Source: an uncultured Pseudomonadota bacterium (lineage in GTDB: Bacteria; Pseudomonadota; Alphaproteobacteria; Acetobacterales; Acetobacteraceae). From it: DNA of 64,000 nt. The notes beneath the pieces are model-generated. The model saw nothing but the letters and a program-made list of their open reading frames with translations. It did no database searches and had not been told where the DNA came from. This document shows, piece by piece, positions 45,359-54,240 of the stretch. The position numbers and the translations under genes were made by a program. How positions within the stretch are numbered: position 1 is the stretch's first letter; each line of letters begins with the position of its first letter. The DNA is taken from assembly GCA_963756545.1 (NCBI GenBank), contig CAVWNY010000001.1:594080-658079 (forward strand). Reading direction: 5' to 3'.

Positions 45359-45826
45359 TCACCCCAACGCCGCCACCGCATCCATCACCTCCGCCGCGTG
45401 CTTCGGCACGCTGACCTTCCGCCACACCTTCGCGATACGGCCGTCCTTGCCGACCAGGAACGTACTCCGCTCCATCCCCATATACGTCCGGCCGTACATC
45501 GACTTCTCGGCCCAGGTGGCGAAGGCATCGGACACCTTACCCTCGGCGTCGGACGCCAGCGGGAACGTCAGCCCGTATTTCGCGGCGAACTTCTCCAGCG
45601 CCGGCATCTTGTCACGGGAGACGCCGACGACGTCGATGCCCAGCTTGCCCAGTTGCGGCAGCGCCTCCTGGAAGGCGCACGCCTCCTTCGTGCAGCCGGG
45701 CGTGTCGGCCTTCGGATAGAAATACAGCACGAACGGCCGGCCGCGCAGCGCCGCGAGGCTGACTTGGCGGCCGCCGGTCGCGTCGATCGTGAAGTCGGGC
45801 GCGAGGTCGCCCTCTTGCAGGCTCAT
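45359..45826 (-). CDS. bcp: thioredoxin-dependent peroxiredoxin Bcp
   Basis: 155 aa. It has FYPKADTPGCTKEAC. Confidence 0.9.
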   Translation of the reverse strand: MSLQEGDLAPDFTIDATGGRQVSLAALRGRPFVLYFYPKADTPGCTKEACAFQEALPQLGKLGIDVVGVSRDKMPALEKFAAKYGLTFPLASDAEGKVSDAFATWAEKSMYGRTYMGMERSTFLVGKDGRIAKVWRKVSVPKHAAEVMDAVAALG

Positions 45827-48774
45827 GCGGTGATCTCTCCGATGTGGCGCGTGAAGACGGCGCGGACCTGTTCGGCCGTCGCGTCGAGACTGCCGCGCAG
45901 CCCCGGCAAGTCAACCGCGTTGGTGGCGCGCAGCAATGGGCGGGCGAAGGCGGCAGGCAGGGCGTCGGGATGCGCACGGCCGAGCGTCAGGCGCAGCATC
46001 CCTTGGACGGTGCGGAACAGATGGTCCGCGCGGATCAGCAGGGCGGCGTCCTCGGCCTGAAGAAGGCCGGCGGCGGCGAGATTGCCGAGCGCCAATCGTG
46101 TCGTGGGGTCGCGCACCTCGGGGGCCTCCCGCGCGTGAAGGAGCTGGAGCGCCTGGGCGATGAACTCCACTTCGACCTGCCCGCCGGCGCGCAGCTTCAC
46201 GTCCCACGGGCCGTCATGCGGCAGGTCGCGGCACATCCGCGCGCGCATCGCGGCGGCGTCCGCGCAGGCGCGCGCCGGGTCGGCCGCTTCGATCGCCTCC
46301 TCAACAGCTTCCTCGGCCCGCGCCCGCAAGGCGGGCGGCCCGGCGACCGCCCGGGCGCGGGTAAGCGCCATGCGCTCCCACGTCCAGGCGGAATCCTGGT
46401 GGTAGCGCCGGAACGCGGCCAGCGAGACTGCGACCGGGCCTTTGTTGCCGGAGGGGCGCAGACGCATGTCCACATCGTACAGCTTGCCGTCCGCGCCCGG
46501 CGCGGTGAGGGCGGCGACGAAGGCGTGCGCCGCGCGGACGAACCATTGCGGAGCCGGCAGGCTGCGCGGACCGCCAAGGGCCTCCGCCGCGTCGGGCGGG
46601 TGATCGTAGATCAGCATGAGGTCGAGGTCGGAGCCCGCCATCATCTCCCGCCCGCCGGCCTTGCCCAGAAGCAGCACCGCCATTTCCCCGCCCGGCACGC
46701 GCCCATTCCGCGCGGCGAAATCGTCCAGGACGGCCGGCAGCAGGGCATCGAGCGCGGCGTCGGCGAGGGTGGAGCGGCACAGCCCGGCCGCGTCGGCGTC
46801 GATCCGACCCTCCAGCGTGGCGGCGGCGATCGCGAAATCCTCCTCCCGTACAGTGCGGCGCGCAATGGCGATCACGTCCTCCAGCCGCCGCGCGTCGCGA
46901 AGCCGGATCCGCAGCAGGCCGGCGGGATCGGCCGCCGCGTCGGGTACCAGCAATCCCTCCAGCGCCGCCGGGTGACGCGCAAGATGGTCGGCCAGCGGCG
47001 GGGCGGCGCCGAGAACGGCGGCAACGCGGTCGAGCAGCCCCGGATTGCGTTGAAAAAGCGACAGGAGCTGCACCCCGGCGGGAAGCCGCGACAACAGCTC
47101 GTCGAACCGGCTGAACGCCGCGTCGGGCTGCGGCTGGCGCGCGAGCGCGGCCAGGATGTCGGGAAGCAGGCCGCCCAGGAGATCGCGGGCCCGTTCGGAG
47201 CGCAGCGCGCGCAGGCGCCCGGCTTGCCAGCCACGCACGGACGCCACGATGCGCCGGGCATCGGCGAAGCCGAGCGCGAGCAGGGCCGCGATGGGGGCGG
47301 CGGGCGCGGGGTCGTCGCCGCGGAAATCGAGATCGACGGCGGCCGCCGGAAGCCCGGAATCGGGCGCGGTCTCGAACACCTCGGCGTAGCGGGCGCGCAC
47401 GGCCGCGCGCTGGTCGAGCAGCACGCCGGCGAAGGAGCGAACGTCGTCGAAGCCGAGGAAGCACGCGATGCCCTCGAGCTCCGCCCGGCGCTCCGGCAAG
47501 ACGTGGGTCTGGCGATCGGCCACCATCTGCAATCGGTGCTCGACCCGGCGCAGGAAGCGGTAGGCGGCCGACAGCGCGTCGGCGGCATCCGCCGTCAGGT
47601 GTCCCGCCTGGGACAGCAGCCGCAGCGCGCCGAGCGTCGTCGGTTCCCGCAGGCCGGGATCGCGTCCGCCCCAGACGAGCTGGAGCGTCTGCGCCAGGAA
47701 CTCGATCTCCCGGATGCCGCCGTCGCCCAGCTTGACGTTGTGCCCGGCGATGCGCCCGATCGGATCGGCGGCATCCGCGAGTGCGCCGCCCCGCTGGCGG
47801 TCAGTCTGGCGGCGGTCGATCCGGCGCTTCATCGCGTCGATGTCGGCAACAGCCGCGAAATCGAGGCCGCGCCGCCAGACGAACGGCCGAATGGCGTCGA
47901 GAAACGCGGCACCCGCGATGCGGTCGCCGGCGACCGGGCGGGCCTTGATCATCGCCGCCCGCTCCCAGTTCTGGCCCATGCTCTCGTAGTAGGTGATGGC
48001 GGCTTGCAGCGCGATCACGGGCGGCGTCACGGCGGGGTCGGGGCGCAGCCGCAGATCGGTGCGGAACACGTAACCCTCGGCGTCGCGCGCCTCCATCAGC
48101 GCGACCAGCCCGCGTCCCAGGCGCGACATGAACGCCTGACAGGCATCGCCCCCCGTGCGCGCGGTGTATATGCCGCTTGCAGGGTCGTGGATCAGGACGA
48201 GGTCGATATCGCTGGAATAGTTCAGCTCGCGCGCGCCGAGCTTTCCCATGCCGAGCACGACGAACCCGCTGCCCGCCCCGGGATCGTCGGGGTCGGGCAG
48301 GCGCAGTTCGCCCGCGTCATGCGCGGCGCGCAGCAGGTGCGCCGCCGCGAGGCAGAGCGCGGTCTCGGCCAGATCGGAGAGCGCCGCCGTCACGCGCTCC
48401 AGCGGCCACATGCCGCCGATGTCGGCGATCGCCGCGACCAGGGCGACCACGCGCTTGGCCCGGCGCATCGCGGCCGAGACATGGGCGCGGGCGGCATCGG
48501 CGGGCACGCTTCGCAGCCGGGCCAGAGCATCCGCCTGCACCGCGTCCGGGCCTACGCCGACCAGCGCGGCCAGCGCCTCGGCCTCGCGCACTGCGAGGTC
48601 GGCCAGGAAAGGGCTGTTTCCGCCCAGCGCGCGGAGCATGGCCTCCGCCTCGGGCCGGGCGGCCAGGCTCGCCATCTCCGGGCCGATCGCGGCGATGCGC
48701 TCGGTCAGCCGGGCGGCGGCGGCCGGGTCGTGGGGGGCCGGCCAGGAGGGTGGGAGCGAGAACGCGGCGATCAT
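45823..48774 (-). CDS. glnE: bifunctional [glutamine synthetase] adenylyltransferase / adenylyl-removing enzyme
   Basis: 983 aa with two nucleotidyltransferase halves (GMGKLGARELNYSSDIDL and LGKAGGREMMAGSDLDL). Its stop overlaps the bcp start. Confidence 0.9.
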   Translation of the reverse strand: MIAAFSLPPSWPAPHDPAAAARLTERIAAIGPEMASLAARPEAEAMLRALGGNSPFLADLAVREAEALAALVGVGPDAVQADALARLRSVPADAARAHVSAAMRRAKRVVALVAAIADIGGMWPLERVTAALSDLAETALCLAAAHLLRAAHDAGELRLPDPDDPGAGSGFVVLGMGKLGARELNYSSDIDLVLIHDPASGIYTARTGGDACQAFMSRLGRGLVALMEARDAEGYVFRTDLRLRPDPAVTPPVIALQAAITYYESMGQNWERAAMIKARPVAGDRIAGAAFLDAIRPFVWRRGLDFAAVADIDAMKRRIDRRQTDRQRGGALADAADPIGRIAGHNVKLGDGGIREIEFLAQTLQLVWGGRDPGLREPTTLGALRLLSQAGHLTADAADALSAAYRFLRRVEHRLQMVADRQTHVLPERRAELEGIACFLGFDDVRSFAGVLLDQRAAVRARYAEVFETAPDSGLPAAAVDLDFRGDDPAPAAPIAALLALGFADARRIVASVRGWQAGRLRALRSERARDLLGGLLPDILAALARQPQPDAAFSRFDELLSRLPAGVQLLSLFQRNPGLLDRVAAVLGAAPPLADHLARHPAALEGLLVPDAAADPAGLLRIRLRDARRLEDVIAIARRTVREEDFAIAAATLEGRIDADAAGLCRSTLADAALDALLPAVLDDFAARNGRVPGGEMAVLLLGKAGGREMMAGSDLDLMLIYDHPPDAAEALGGPRSLPAPQWFVRAAHAFVAALTAPGADGKLYDVDMRLRPSGNKGPVAVSLAAFRRYHQDSAWTWERMALTRARAVAGPPALRARAEEAVEEAIEAADPARACADAAAMRARMCRDLPHDGPWDVKLRAGGQVEVEFIAQALQLLHAREAPEVRDPTTRLALGNLAAAGLLQAEDAALLIRADHLFRTVQGMLRLTLGRAHPDALPAAFARPLLRATNAVDLPGLRGSLDATAEQVRAVFTRHIGEITA

Positions 48775-48791
48775 GCGCGCGCAGGCTGGCC

Positions 48792-51700
48792 GTGAGACGC
48801 CTCGGCGGTCAAGCCGCCCGCAAGATCTATGTCCGCCTATGGGCCGGGCTGCGGCGGCTGCTTGCCGTCGTGCTGGGGTGCGTCGTGGTCGGGGGCGCGG
48901 GATTCGGCGTGCTGGCCTGGTGGCTGGCGCAACGCCCGATCGAGATGCCCTGGCTGGCCGCGCGCATCGAGGCGGCTGGGTCGGACGCCATCGGATCGGG
49001 ACGCGTCAGTGTCGCTGGGGCCGCGCTGGCCTGGGAGGGATTCCGCCAAGGCGTCGGCTCCCCGATCGACATTCGGCTGGCCGACCTCGCGTGGCGCGAC
49101 CCGGCGGACGGGGTGGTCGTCGAGGCGCCGCGCGTGCAGGTGACCTTGGAGCTTGCGTCGCTGCTCCATTTGCGGCTTCGTCCTCGCACGGTGGTTGTCC
49201 GCGGCGCGCTTGTGACGCTGACCCGGCTCATCGCGCCGGCGGAATGGCGAATGCCGGCGGGCGCGACCCCTCCCGGCCCCCTCCCGCCAGGGGAGGGGGA
49301 GAAGGCAGGCGCTGTTTACTTCTCCCCTCCCCTTGCGAGAGCGGTCGCGCGGTTCAGTCAAGCCGCTGGCCTCACCCGATTGGTTGTGAACGGCGCGCGA
49401 ATCGCCACCGCGCCGGGGCAGGGCTGGGCGGTCCCGCGCCTGGACGCGCAGTTTACCCGCAAGCGCGACGGCGCGGCCGACGCCTCCGCCGACGCAGCCC
49501 TGACGCTCGGGGCGGAACCGGCGCACGCGTCGCTGCGCGCGACGATGCCGCCCTCCGGTGATGCGGGGCTGCACGCTTCGTTGGGGCCGGTGCGGCTGGC
49601 GAGCCTGGCCGCGCTCTGGCCGGCGCTCATACGTGTCGCGCCGATCCTGGATGCGCCGATCACCGCCGAGGCGGAGCTGGCTCTCGGGTCCGATCTCGCG
49701 CCGAAGACCGGCCGGCTCGACCTGGACGCCGGCCCCGGCACGCTCCGGGCCGGGGATGCGCCGGTCCAGCTCCTGGGGGCGCATCTGGCCGCCTCCTGGG
49801 TGCCCGGCCGTCTCGCCCTGAAGGGCGCCAGCCTCGATCTGCGTCCCCGGCCGGACCGGCCGGGCACGCGGGTGAGCGCGCGCGGCACCGCCCGGATTGG
49901 CCCGGAGGGGGGCGTCGGCGAAGTGGCGCTCGATCTGGATCGACTGGCGTTCGACGACCTCGCCGCGCTGTGGCCCGCAGGGCTGGGGCGCGATGCCCGG
50001 TCCTGGGTAATGGAGAACGTGACCGCGGGGGATGCCCACGACGGGCACGTCGCGCTGAGCTTCGCCGCGCCCTCGGCTCCGTCCGGGCTGGGACTGTCCG
50101 GCCTGCGCCTGACCGGCGCAACCGGGAGCGTGGCCGGGAGCGATCTGACCGTGCATTGGCTACGTCCGATTCCGCCCGCCGAGCATGGCGAGGCGATGCT
50201 GCGGATCATCGATCCCGACAGTTTGCGGATCGAACTGGGGACGGCGCAGCAATCGGCCCCGACGGCCGGACAGCCGGGGCTGGCTCTGCAAAGCGGCAGC
50301 GTTCTCGTCACCGGGCTGACGCAGCCCGACCAGTTCGGCGCGATCGAGGCCAACGTGGCAGGACCCGTTCCGGCGGCGCTGGCGCTGCTCTCGCATCCCC
50401 GGCTGGAGCTGCTCTCGAAGCATCCGGTCCCGTTAAAGAACCCACACGGAGAGATGTCGGCCGAGATTTCCGTCTCGCTGCCGCTGCTCGCCCGGGTGAC
50501 GATGGATCAGGTGAAGCTTCGGACGCGGGCGCATCTCTCGGCGCTGCACCTCGACGACGTGGTCGCCGGACGCGCCCTGGATGGCGGCGCATTCGACCTT
50601 TCGGCGACAGACGACGGGCTGGGCCTGACCGGGTCCGCAAGTGTGGCCGACATTCCCGCGCGGATCACCGGCGCTCTCGACTTCCGCGCCGGGCCGCCGT
50701 CGCAGGTTCAGCAGAAAATAACGGTATCGGGACGCGCTCGGTCGCGCGACCTGACGGCCGCCGGCCTGGATACGGGCGGGCTGCTGGTGGGATCGACTGA
50801 CCTGACCGCCACCTATACCCAGCGCCGAAGCGGGGATGCCGATATCGAAGTTCACGCCGGCCTGGACGCCGCCGAACTGCAGGTGACCTCCCTCGGCTGG
50901 CGCAAGCCCCCGGGCGATCCGGCGACCGCGCGCGCGAAGCTGGTGCTGGATCGCGCCGGGCGGCTGATCCGGGTCGAGTCGATCGAGGCCGAGGGAAAGG
51001 GGATCGCCCTGCGCGGCGGCGCGATGCTGGGGGCCGGCGGCGATACCACTTTGACCCTTGATCGGCTGGTGCTCGGCGGCACGACCGCCCGGGGCACGAT
51101 ACGGGTGCTCGACGGCGGGCGTACCGTGCGCGCGCGTCTCTCCGGCCCTCGACTGGACCTCTCGGGCCGGCTCGCGCGAGGGGCGGGCCGGACGGGTGCC
51201 GCAAGCCCGGGCGACGAAGCCGCCGGCCCGGAGTCCGACTGGCAGTTGGACGGGAGCTTCGCCCAGGTCGTGCTTGCCCGTGGCCGGCTCGCCAGCGCCC
51301 TCCGGGTGCGCGCCGAGCGCGCGGCGGGCGTGCTGACCTCCGCGCGGCTGTCGGCGCTCACCGGACCGGGCCAGCGGGTGGAGATGTCGGTCACGCCGGA
51401 TCGCGGCGGTCGGGTGGTGCGGATAACGGCCGCCGACGGCGGTGCGCTGCTGCGCGATCTCGGCGCCCTCGACAGCATCGAGGGGGGACGCATGACGGTT
51501 CGCGCCCGTTACCAGGACCGGCGGCCCGGACGGCCATTGGAAGGCTTGGCGGAGATGGACGACTTCAAGGTGCGCGGCGCGCCGGTTCTGGCGAAGGCGC
51601 TCCAGGCTGTCACGCTGTACGGGCTGGTGCAGGCGGTCGAGGGGCCTGGAATGACATTCACCCATCTGGCCGCGCCGTTCGTCTACGACAACGGCGTTAT

Positions 51701-51992
51701 GGAGTTGGACGACGCCCGCGCCTTCAATCCGTCGCTCGGGCTAACCGCCAAGGGTCAAATCGACCTCGTCCGGGACCGGCTCGACCTCGAGGGCACGATC
51801 GTGCCGGCCTACTTGCTCAACACGGCGCTGGGCCGCATTCCGCTGATCGGCCGGCTGTTCAGCCCGGAGAAGGGCGGCGGCGTGATCGCCGCCCGATATT
51901 CCGCCCAAGGGCCCCTCGCCGACCCGGCAATACGGGTGAACCCGCTGAGCGCGCTGACGCCGGGGTTTTTGCGGGGTGTTTTCGGACGCTGA
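48792..51992 (+). CDS. AsmA-like / DUF3971 (YhdP-type) large envelope protein
   Basis: It has an N-terminal TM, LRRLLAVVLGCVVVGGAGFGVLAWWLA. A long beta-rich body follows. The C-terminal block is DLEGTIVPAYLLNTALGRIPLIGRLFSPEKGGGVIAARYSAQGPLADPAIRVNPLSAL. The start is uncertain (GTG 48792). The track's 48177 start would overlap glnE. Confidence 0.75.
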   Translation: MRRLGGQAARKIYVRLWAGLRRLLAVVLGCVVVGGAGFGVLAWWLAQRPIEMPWLAARIEAAGSDAIGSGRVSVAGAALAWEGFRQGVGSPIDIRLADLAWRDPADGVVVEAPRVQVTLELASLLHLRLRPRTVVVRGALVTLTRLIAPAEWRMPAGATPPGPLPPGEGEKAGAVYFSPPLARAVARFSQAAGLTRLVVNGARIATAPGQGWAVPRLDAQFTRKRDGAADASADAALTLGAEPAHASLRATMPPSGDAGLHASLGPVRLASLAALWPALIRVAPILDAPITAEAELALGSDLAPKTGRLDLDAGPGTLRAGDAPVQLLGAHLAASWVPGRLALKGASLDLRPRPDRPGTRVSARGTARIGPEGGVGEVALDLDRLAFDDLAALWPAGLGRDARSWVMENVTAGDAHDGHVALSFAAPSAPSGLGLSGLRLTGATGSVAGSDLTVHWLRPIPPAEHGEAMLRIIDPDSLRIELGTAQQSAPTAGQPGLALQSGSVLVTGLTQPDQFGAIEANVAGPVPAALALLSHPRLELLSKHPVPLKNPHGEMSAEISVSLPLLARVTMDQVKLRTRAHLSALHLDDVVAGRALDGGAFDLSATDDGLGLTGSASVADIPARITGALDFRAGPPSQVQQKITVSGRARSRDLTAAGLDTGGLLVGSTDLTATYTQRRSGDADIEVHAGLDAAELQVTSLGWRKPPGDPATARAKLVLDRAGRLIRVESIEAEGKGIALRGGAMLGAGGDTTLTLDRLVLGGTTARGTIRVLDGGRTVRARLSGPRLDLSGRLARGAGRTGAASPGDEAAGPESDWQLDGSFAQVVLARGRLASALRVRAERAAGVLTSARLSALTGPGQRVEMSVTPDRGGRVVRITAADGGALLRDLGALDSIEGGRMTVRARYQDRRPGRPLEGLAEMDDFKVRGAPVLAKALQAVTLYGLVQAVEGPGMTFTHLAAPFVYDNGVMELDDARAFNPSLGLTAKGQIDLVRDRLDLEGTIVPAYLLNTALGRIPLIGRLFSPEKGGGVIAARYSAQGPLADPAIRVNPLSALTPGFLRGVFGR
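49261..49350. repeat. REP element copy embedded in frame in the AsmA-like CDS (90 nt)
   Basis: gcgcgacccctcccggccccctcccgccaggggagggggagaagg...cttctcccctccccttgcgagagcggtcgcgc. The outer 8-bp inverted repeat is gcgcgacc/ggtcgcgc. It belongs to the same family as 14877-14978. Confidence 0.7.
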
Positions 51993-52045
51993 GCGGCGGA
52001 CCGGCCGAGATCGAGTGCCGCTTCGCGACCGAATTCAGGCCGAAT

Positions 52046-52160
52046 CCCAGCAGCCGGGTCGGGAGACCCGGAGGTCGCCGATCTCGTCGCCTTCATCGCC
52101 AGCCCGCGCGCCGGATACATCAACGGCGCCAATCTGCGGGTCGACGTTCGCGCCGGCGTG
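52046..52160 (+). pseudogene. relic of an SDR gene 3' end
   Basis: One frame reads RIPAAGSGDPEVADLVAFIASPRAGYINGANLRVD, which matches the conserved SDR C-terminal block (iPlgRxGxPeEvAxxvxFLaSxxasyitGxxlxvDGG). There is no N-terminal part, no start codon and no proper stop. Confidence 0.35.
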
Positions 52161-52212
52161 ACGCGAACCGCCGCTGACCCGCAACGTTTGCAAAGCCAGC
52201 AACGAGGGTCCG

Positions 52213-52677
52213 ATGCCGCGCACGCTTCTGACCTGGGTGGCGTCGTTCGCCCTCTATCTGCTCTTCGCCGGGCAGGCGAGCCGGGCCGAGTTGTGCGCGG
52301 GCGCGCTTGTGGCAATCACGGGCGCCGCGTTGGCGCTCTATATTCGCACGGCGAGACATCGGCCGATGCGCCTCGCCGCGCCCTGGATGCTGCTGGCCAG
52401 GCGGGTTGCGACGGCGCTCGGGCGCGATACCCTGACCGTGGGCGGCGCCCTGGCGCGGGCGGTGGCCGGCCGGAAGTTGCGGGGCATCACGCAGCGTCAG
52501 GATTTCGAGCCGGGCGGGGAGACGCCCCAGGCGGCCGGTCGCAGGGCGCTGGTGGTCTGGGCGGGCTCCGTCGCGCCGAACGGCTTCGTTTGGCAGGTGG
52601 GGGACGGGAGCGGCGATCTGCTTGTGCATCGCCTGGTTCCCGTGCCGGCGTCGGAGGACAAATCGTGGCCGGTCTGA
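52213..52677 (+). CDS. mrpE: Mrp/Mnh/Pha cation:proton antiporter subunit E
   Basis: ATG 52213 follows GAGGG. The blocks LLTWVASFALYLLFAG and ALVVWAGSVAPNGFVWQVGDGSGDLLVHRL match the MnhE pattern (itLTPGT..v......l.vH.l). Confidence 0.75.
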   Translation: MPRTLLTWVASFALYLLFAGQASRAELCAGALVAITGAALALYIRTARHRPMRLAAPWMLLARRVATALGRDTLTVGGALARAVAGRKLRGITQRQDFEPGGETPQAAGRRALVVWAGSVAPNGFVWQVGDGSGDLLVHRLVPVPASEDKSWPV

Positions 52678-52928
52678 ACCTGGCTTGGCTCGTCGCGGCG
52701 GTCGCCACCATCGTGGCCCTGGTCGGCCCGGTTTTCGGGGCGCTGCGCGGCGATTTGGCGCACCGGATCGCCGCGGTGCAGATGGCCTCCGTCGTCGCGG
52801 CCTGGGCGCTGGTCGAGCTGAGCCTGGCGTTCGGCCAGCCCTCATTTCTCGATCTGGCCCTCACGCTGGGGCTGCTGTCGCTGCCCGGCACGCTGGTGAT
52901 GACGCTGTTCCTGGAACGCTGGTTGTGA
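52665..52928 (+). CDS. mrpF: Mrp antiporter subunit F
   Basis: GTG 52665 overlaps the mrpE 3' end. The 87-aa product has three TM segments, with GDLAHRIAAVQMASV in place of DRixAldl. It is MnhF/PhaF-like. Confidence 0.7.
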   Translation: MAGLNLAWLVAAVATIVALVGPVFGALRGDLAHRIAAVQMASVVAAWALVELSLAFGQPSFLDLALTLGLLSLPGTLVMTLFLERWL

Positions 52929-53215
52929 CGGCTATAACGGACCTGCTGCTCGCCTTCGCGACACTCTGTGTCTGGCTAGGCTGCCTCGGCTTCGTGCGGC
53001 TGCGCGGCGCGCTCGACCGGCTGCATTGTGCGACCTTCGTCGCCAGCACGGCGGGACCGGCGGTGCTCCTGGCGACGTTCGCCACGCGGGGCGGCTCGGC
53101 GTCCGTGGTCAAGGTGGTATTCTTGATGGGCAGCCTGCTGCTGTCGGGGGCGGTGCTGGCGCACGCCGTCGCGCGCGCCCTCACCTGGCGCGGCCGGCAG
53201 GGAGCCGAACCATGA
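52925..53215 (+). CDS. mrpG: Mrp antiporter subunit G
   Basis: GTG 52925 overlaps the upstream stop as GTGA. The 96-aa product has CLGFVRLRGALDRLHCATFVASTAGP, matching the MnhG motif lGllRlpDxxtRlHaxxkxxtlG. Confidence 0.7.
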   Translation: MTAITDLLLAFATLCVWLGCLGFVRLRGALDRLHCATFVASTAGPAVLLATFATRGGSASVVKVVFLMGSLLLSGAVLAHAVARALTWRGRQGAEP

Positions 53216-53472
53216 CGGCCCTGCTGATCGTGCTGTTCCTGTTGACCGCGCTGGCCGGGGCGGGGGTCGCGCTGACCCGCGACCCCCGCCGGCAGGTGCT
53301 GGCGCTGGCGGCGAACGGGATGGTGCTGGCGTTGCTGTTCCTGGCGCTCCAGGCCCCCGACGTCGCTTTTTCCGAGCTGGCGGTCGGCACGGCGGCCATC
53401 CCGCTGCTCTTCCTGGTCGTGCTCGCCGCCATCCGCACCGACCGAAAGCCCGCCAGTGGAAAGCGGGACTGA
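53212..53472 (+). CDS. DUF4040 / MbhD-like membrane subunit (corresponds to the MrpA C-terminal domain)
   Basis: ATG 53212 overlaps the upstream stop as ATGA. The 86-aa product carries the motif LQAPDVAFSELAVGTAAIPLLFL (aPDVAlTEaxvG). Confidence 0.7.
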   Translation: MTALLIVLFLLTALAGAGVALTRDPRRQVLALAANGMVLALLFLALQAPDVAFSELAVGTAAIPLLFLVVLAAIRTDRKPASGKRD

Positions 53473-53475
53473 GCG

Positions 53476-54240
53476 ATGCCCCGGACTGTGCGATTGCTGC
53501 TGTTCCTGGTCTCGATGGGGGGAATCGCGGCGGCGCTGCCCTTCGTGGTGGCGGGGATGCCGCCGTTCGGCGCGCATCCCTTGCCGTATGGCGAAATCAT
53601 CAATTACCTGGCGCCGATCCAGCGCCACGTCACCAACATGGTCACGGCGGTGAATTTCGATTACCGCGGCTTCGACACGCTGGGCGAGGAGATGATGCTG
53701 TTCGCCGCCGTCACCGGCACGGCGGTGCTGCTGCGTGGCAGTCGGGAGGACCAGCCCGTCGATCAGCCGGCGAGGGCCCCCGGACGGCCGATTCTGCCGC
53801 GCAGCGATGCGGCGGCGCTCGCCGGACGGCTGTTCGGCCCGGTGACCCTGGTGTTCGGCATCTATGTGGTCTTGCACGCCCAGCTCACGCCCGGCGGCGG
53901 GTTTCAGGGCGGGGCGATCGTCGCCTCGGGGCTCCTGCTGCTCTATCTCGGCGAGGGTTACCCGTGCTGGCGCGCGCTCATGCGAACCGGCCTGCTGGAC
54001 GCGCTGGAGGGCGGCGGGGCGGCGATGTACGCGATCGCGGGACTGGCCCCGATGGCAGCCGGCGCCAGCTATCTGGAGAACGTCCTGCCGCCGGGGCAGC
54101 TCCGCGCGCTGTTGTCGGGCGGATTGATCCTGATCCTGAACTGGGCCGTGGCGCTGGCCGTGGCGGGCGGGTTCGGCATCCTGTTCGTCGACTTCCTGAA
54201 GGAGACGCGCGCGGAGCCGGAGGGGGAGGGCGGGTCCTGA
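53476..54240 (+). CDS. mrpB: Mrp antiporter subunit B (MbhE-like N-part plus MnhB domain)
   Basis: 254 aa. It has VTAVNFDYRGFDTLGEEMMLFAAVTG and HAQLTPGGGFQGGAIVASG (the MnhB signature). Confidence 0.8.
   Translation: MPRTVRLLLFLVSMGGIAAALPFVVAGMPPFGAHPLPYGEIINYLAPIQRHVTNMVTAVNFDYRGFDTLGEEMMLFAAVTGTAVLLRGSREDQPVDQPARAPGRPILPRSDAAALAGRLFGPVTLVFGIYVVLHAQLTPGGGFQGGAIVASGLLLLYLGEGYPCWRALMRTGLLDALEGGGAAMYAIAGLAPMAAGASYLENVLPPGQLRALLSGGLILILNWAVALAVAGGFGILFVDFLKETRAEPEGEGGS

Noticed and set aside
48177-48791. The N-terminal ~200 codons of track ORF 48177..51992.
   Set aside because: This part overlaps the glnE 5' region antisense and is Arg/Pro/Ala-rich junk. The recognisable protein begins with the TM helix just after 48792.
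45844-48795. 983-aa plus-strand ORF mirroring glnE.
   Set aside because: It is an exact antisense shadow of glnE, with the same length and no recognisable domain.
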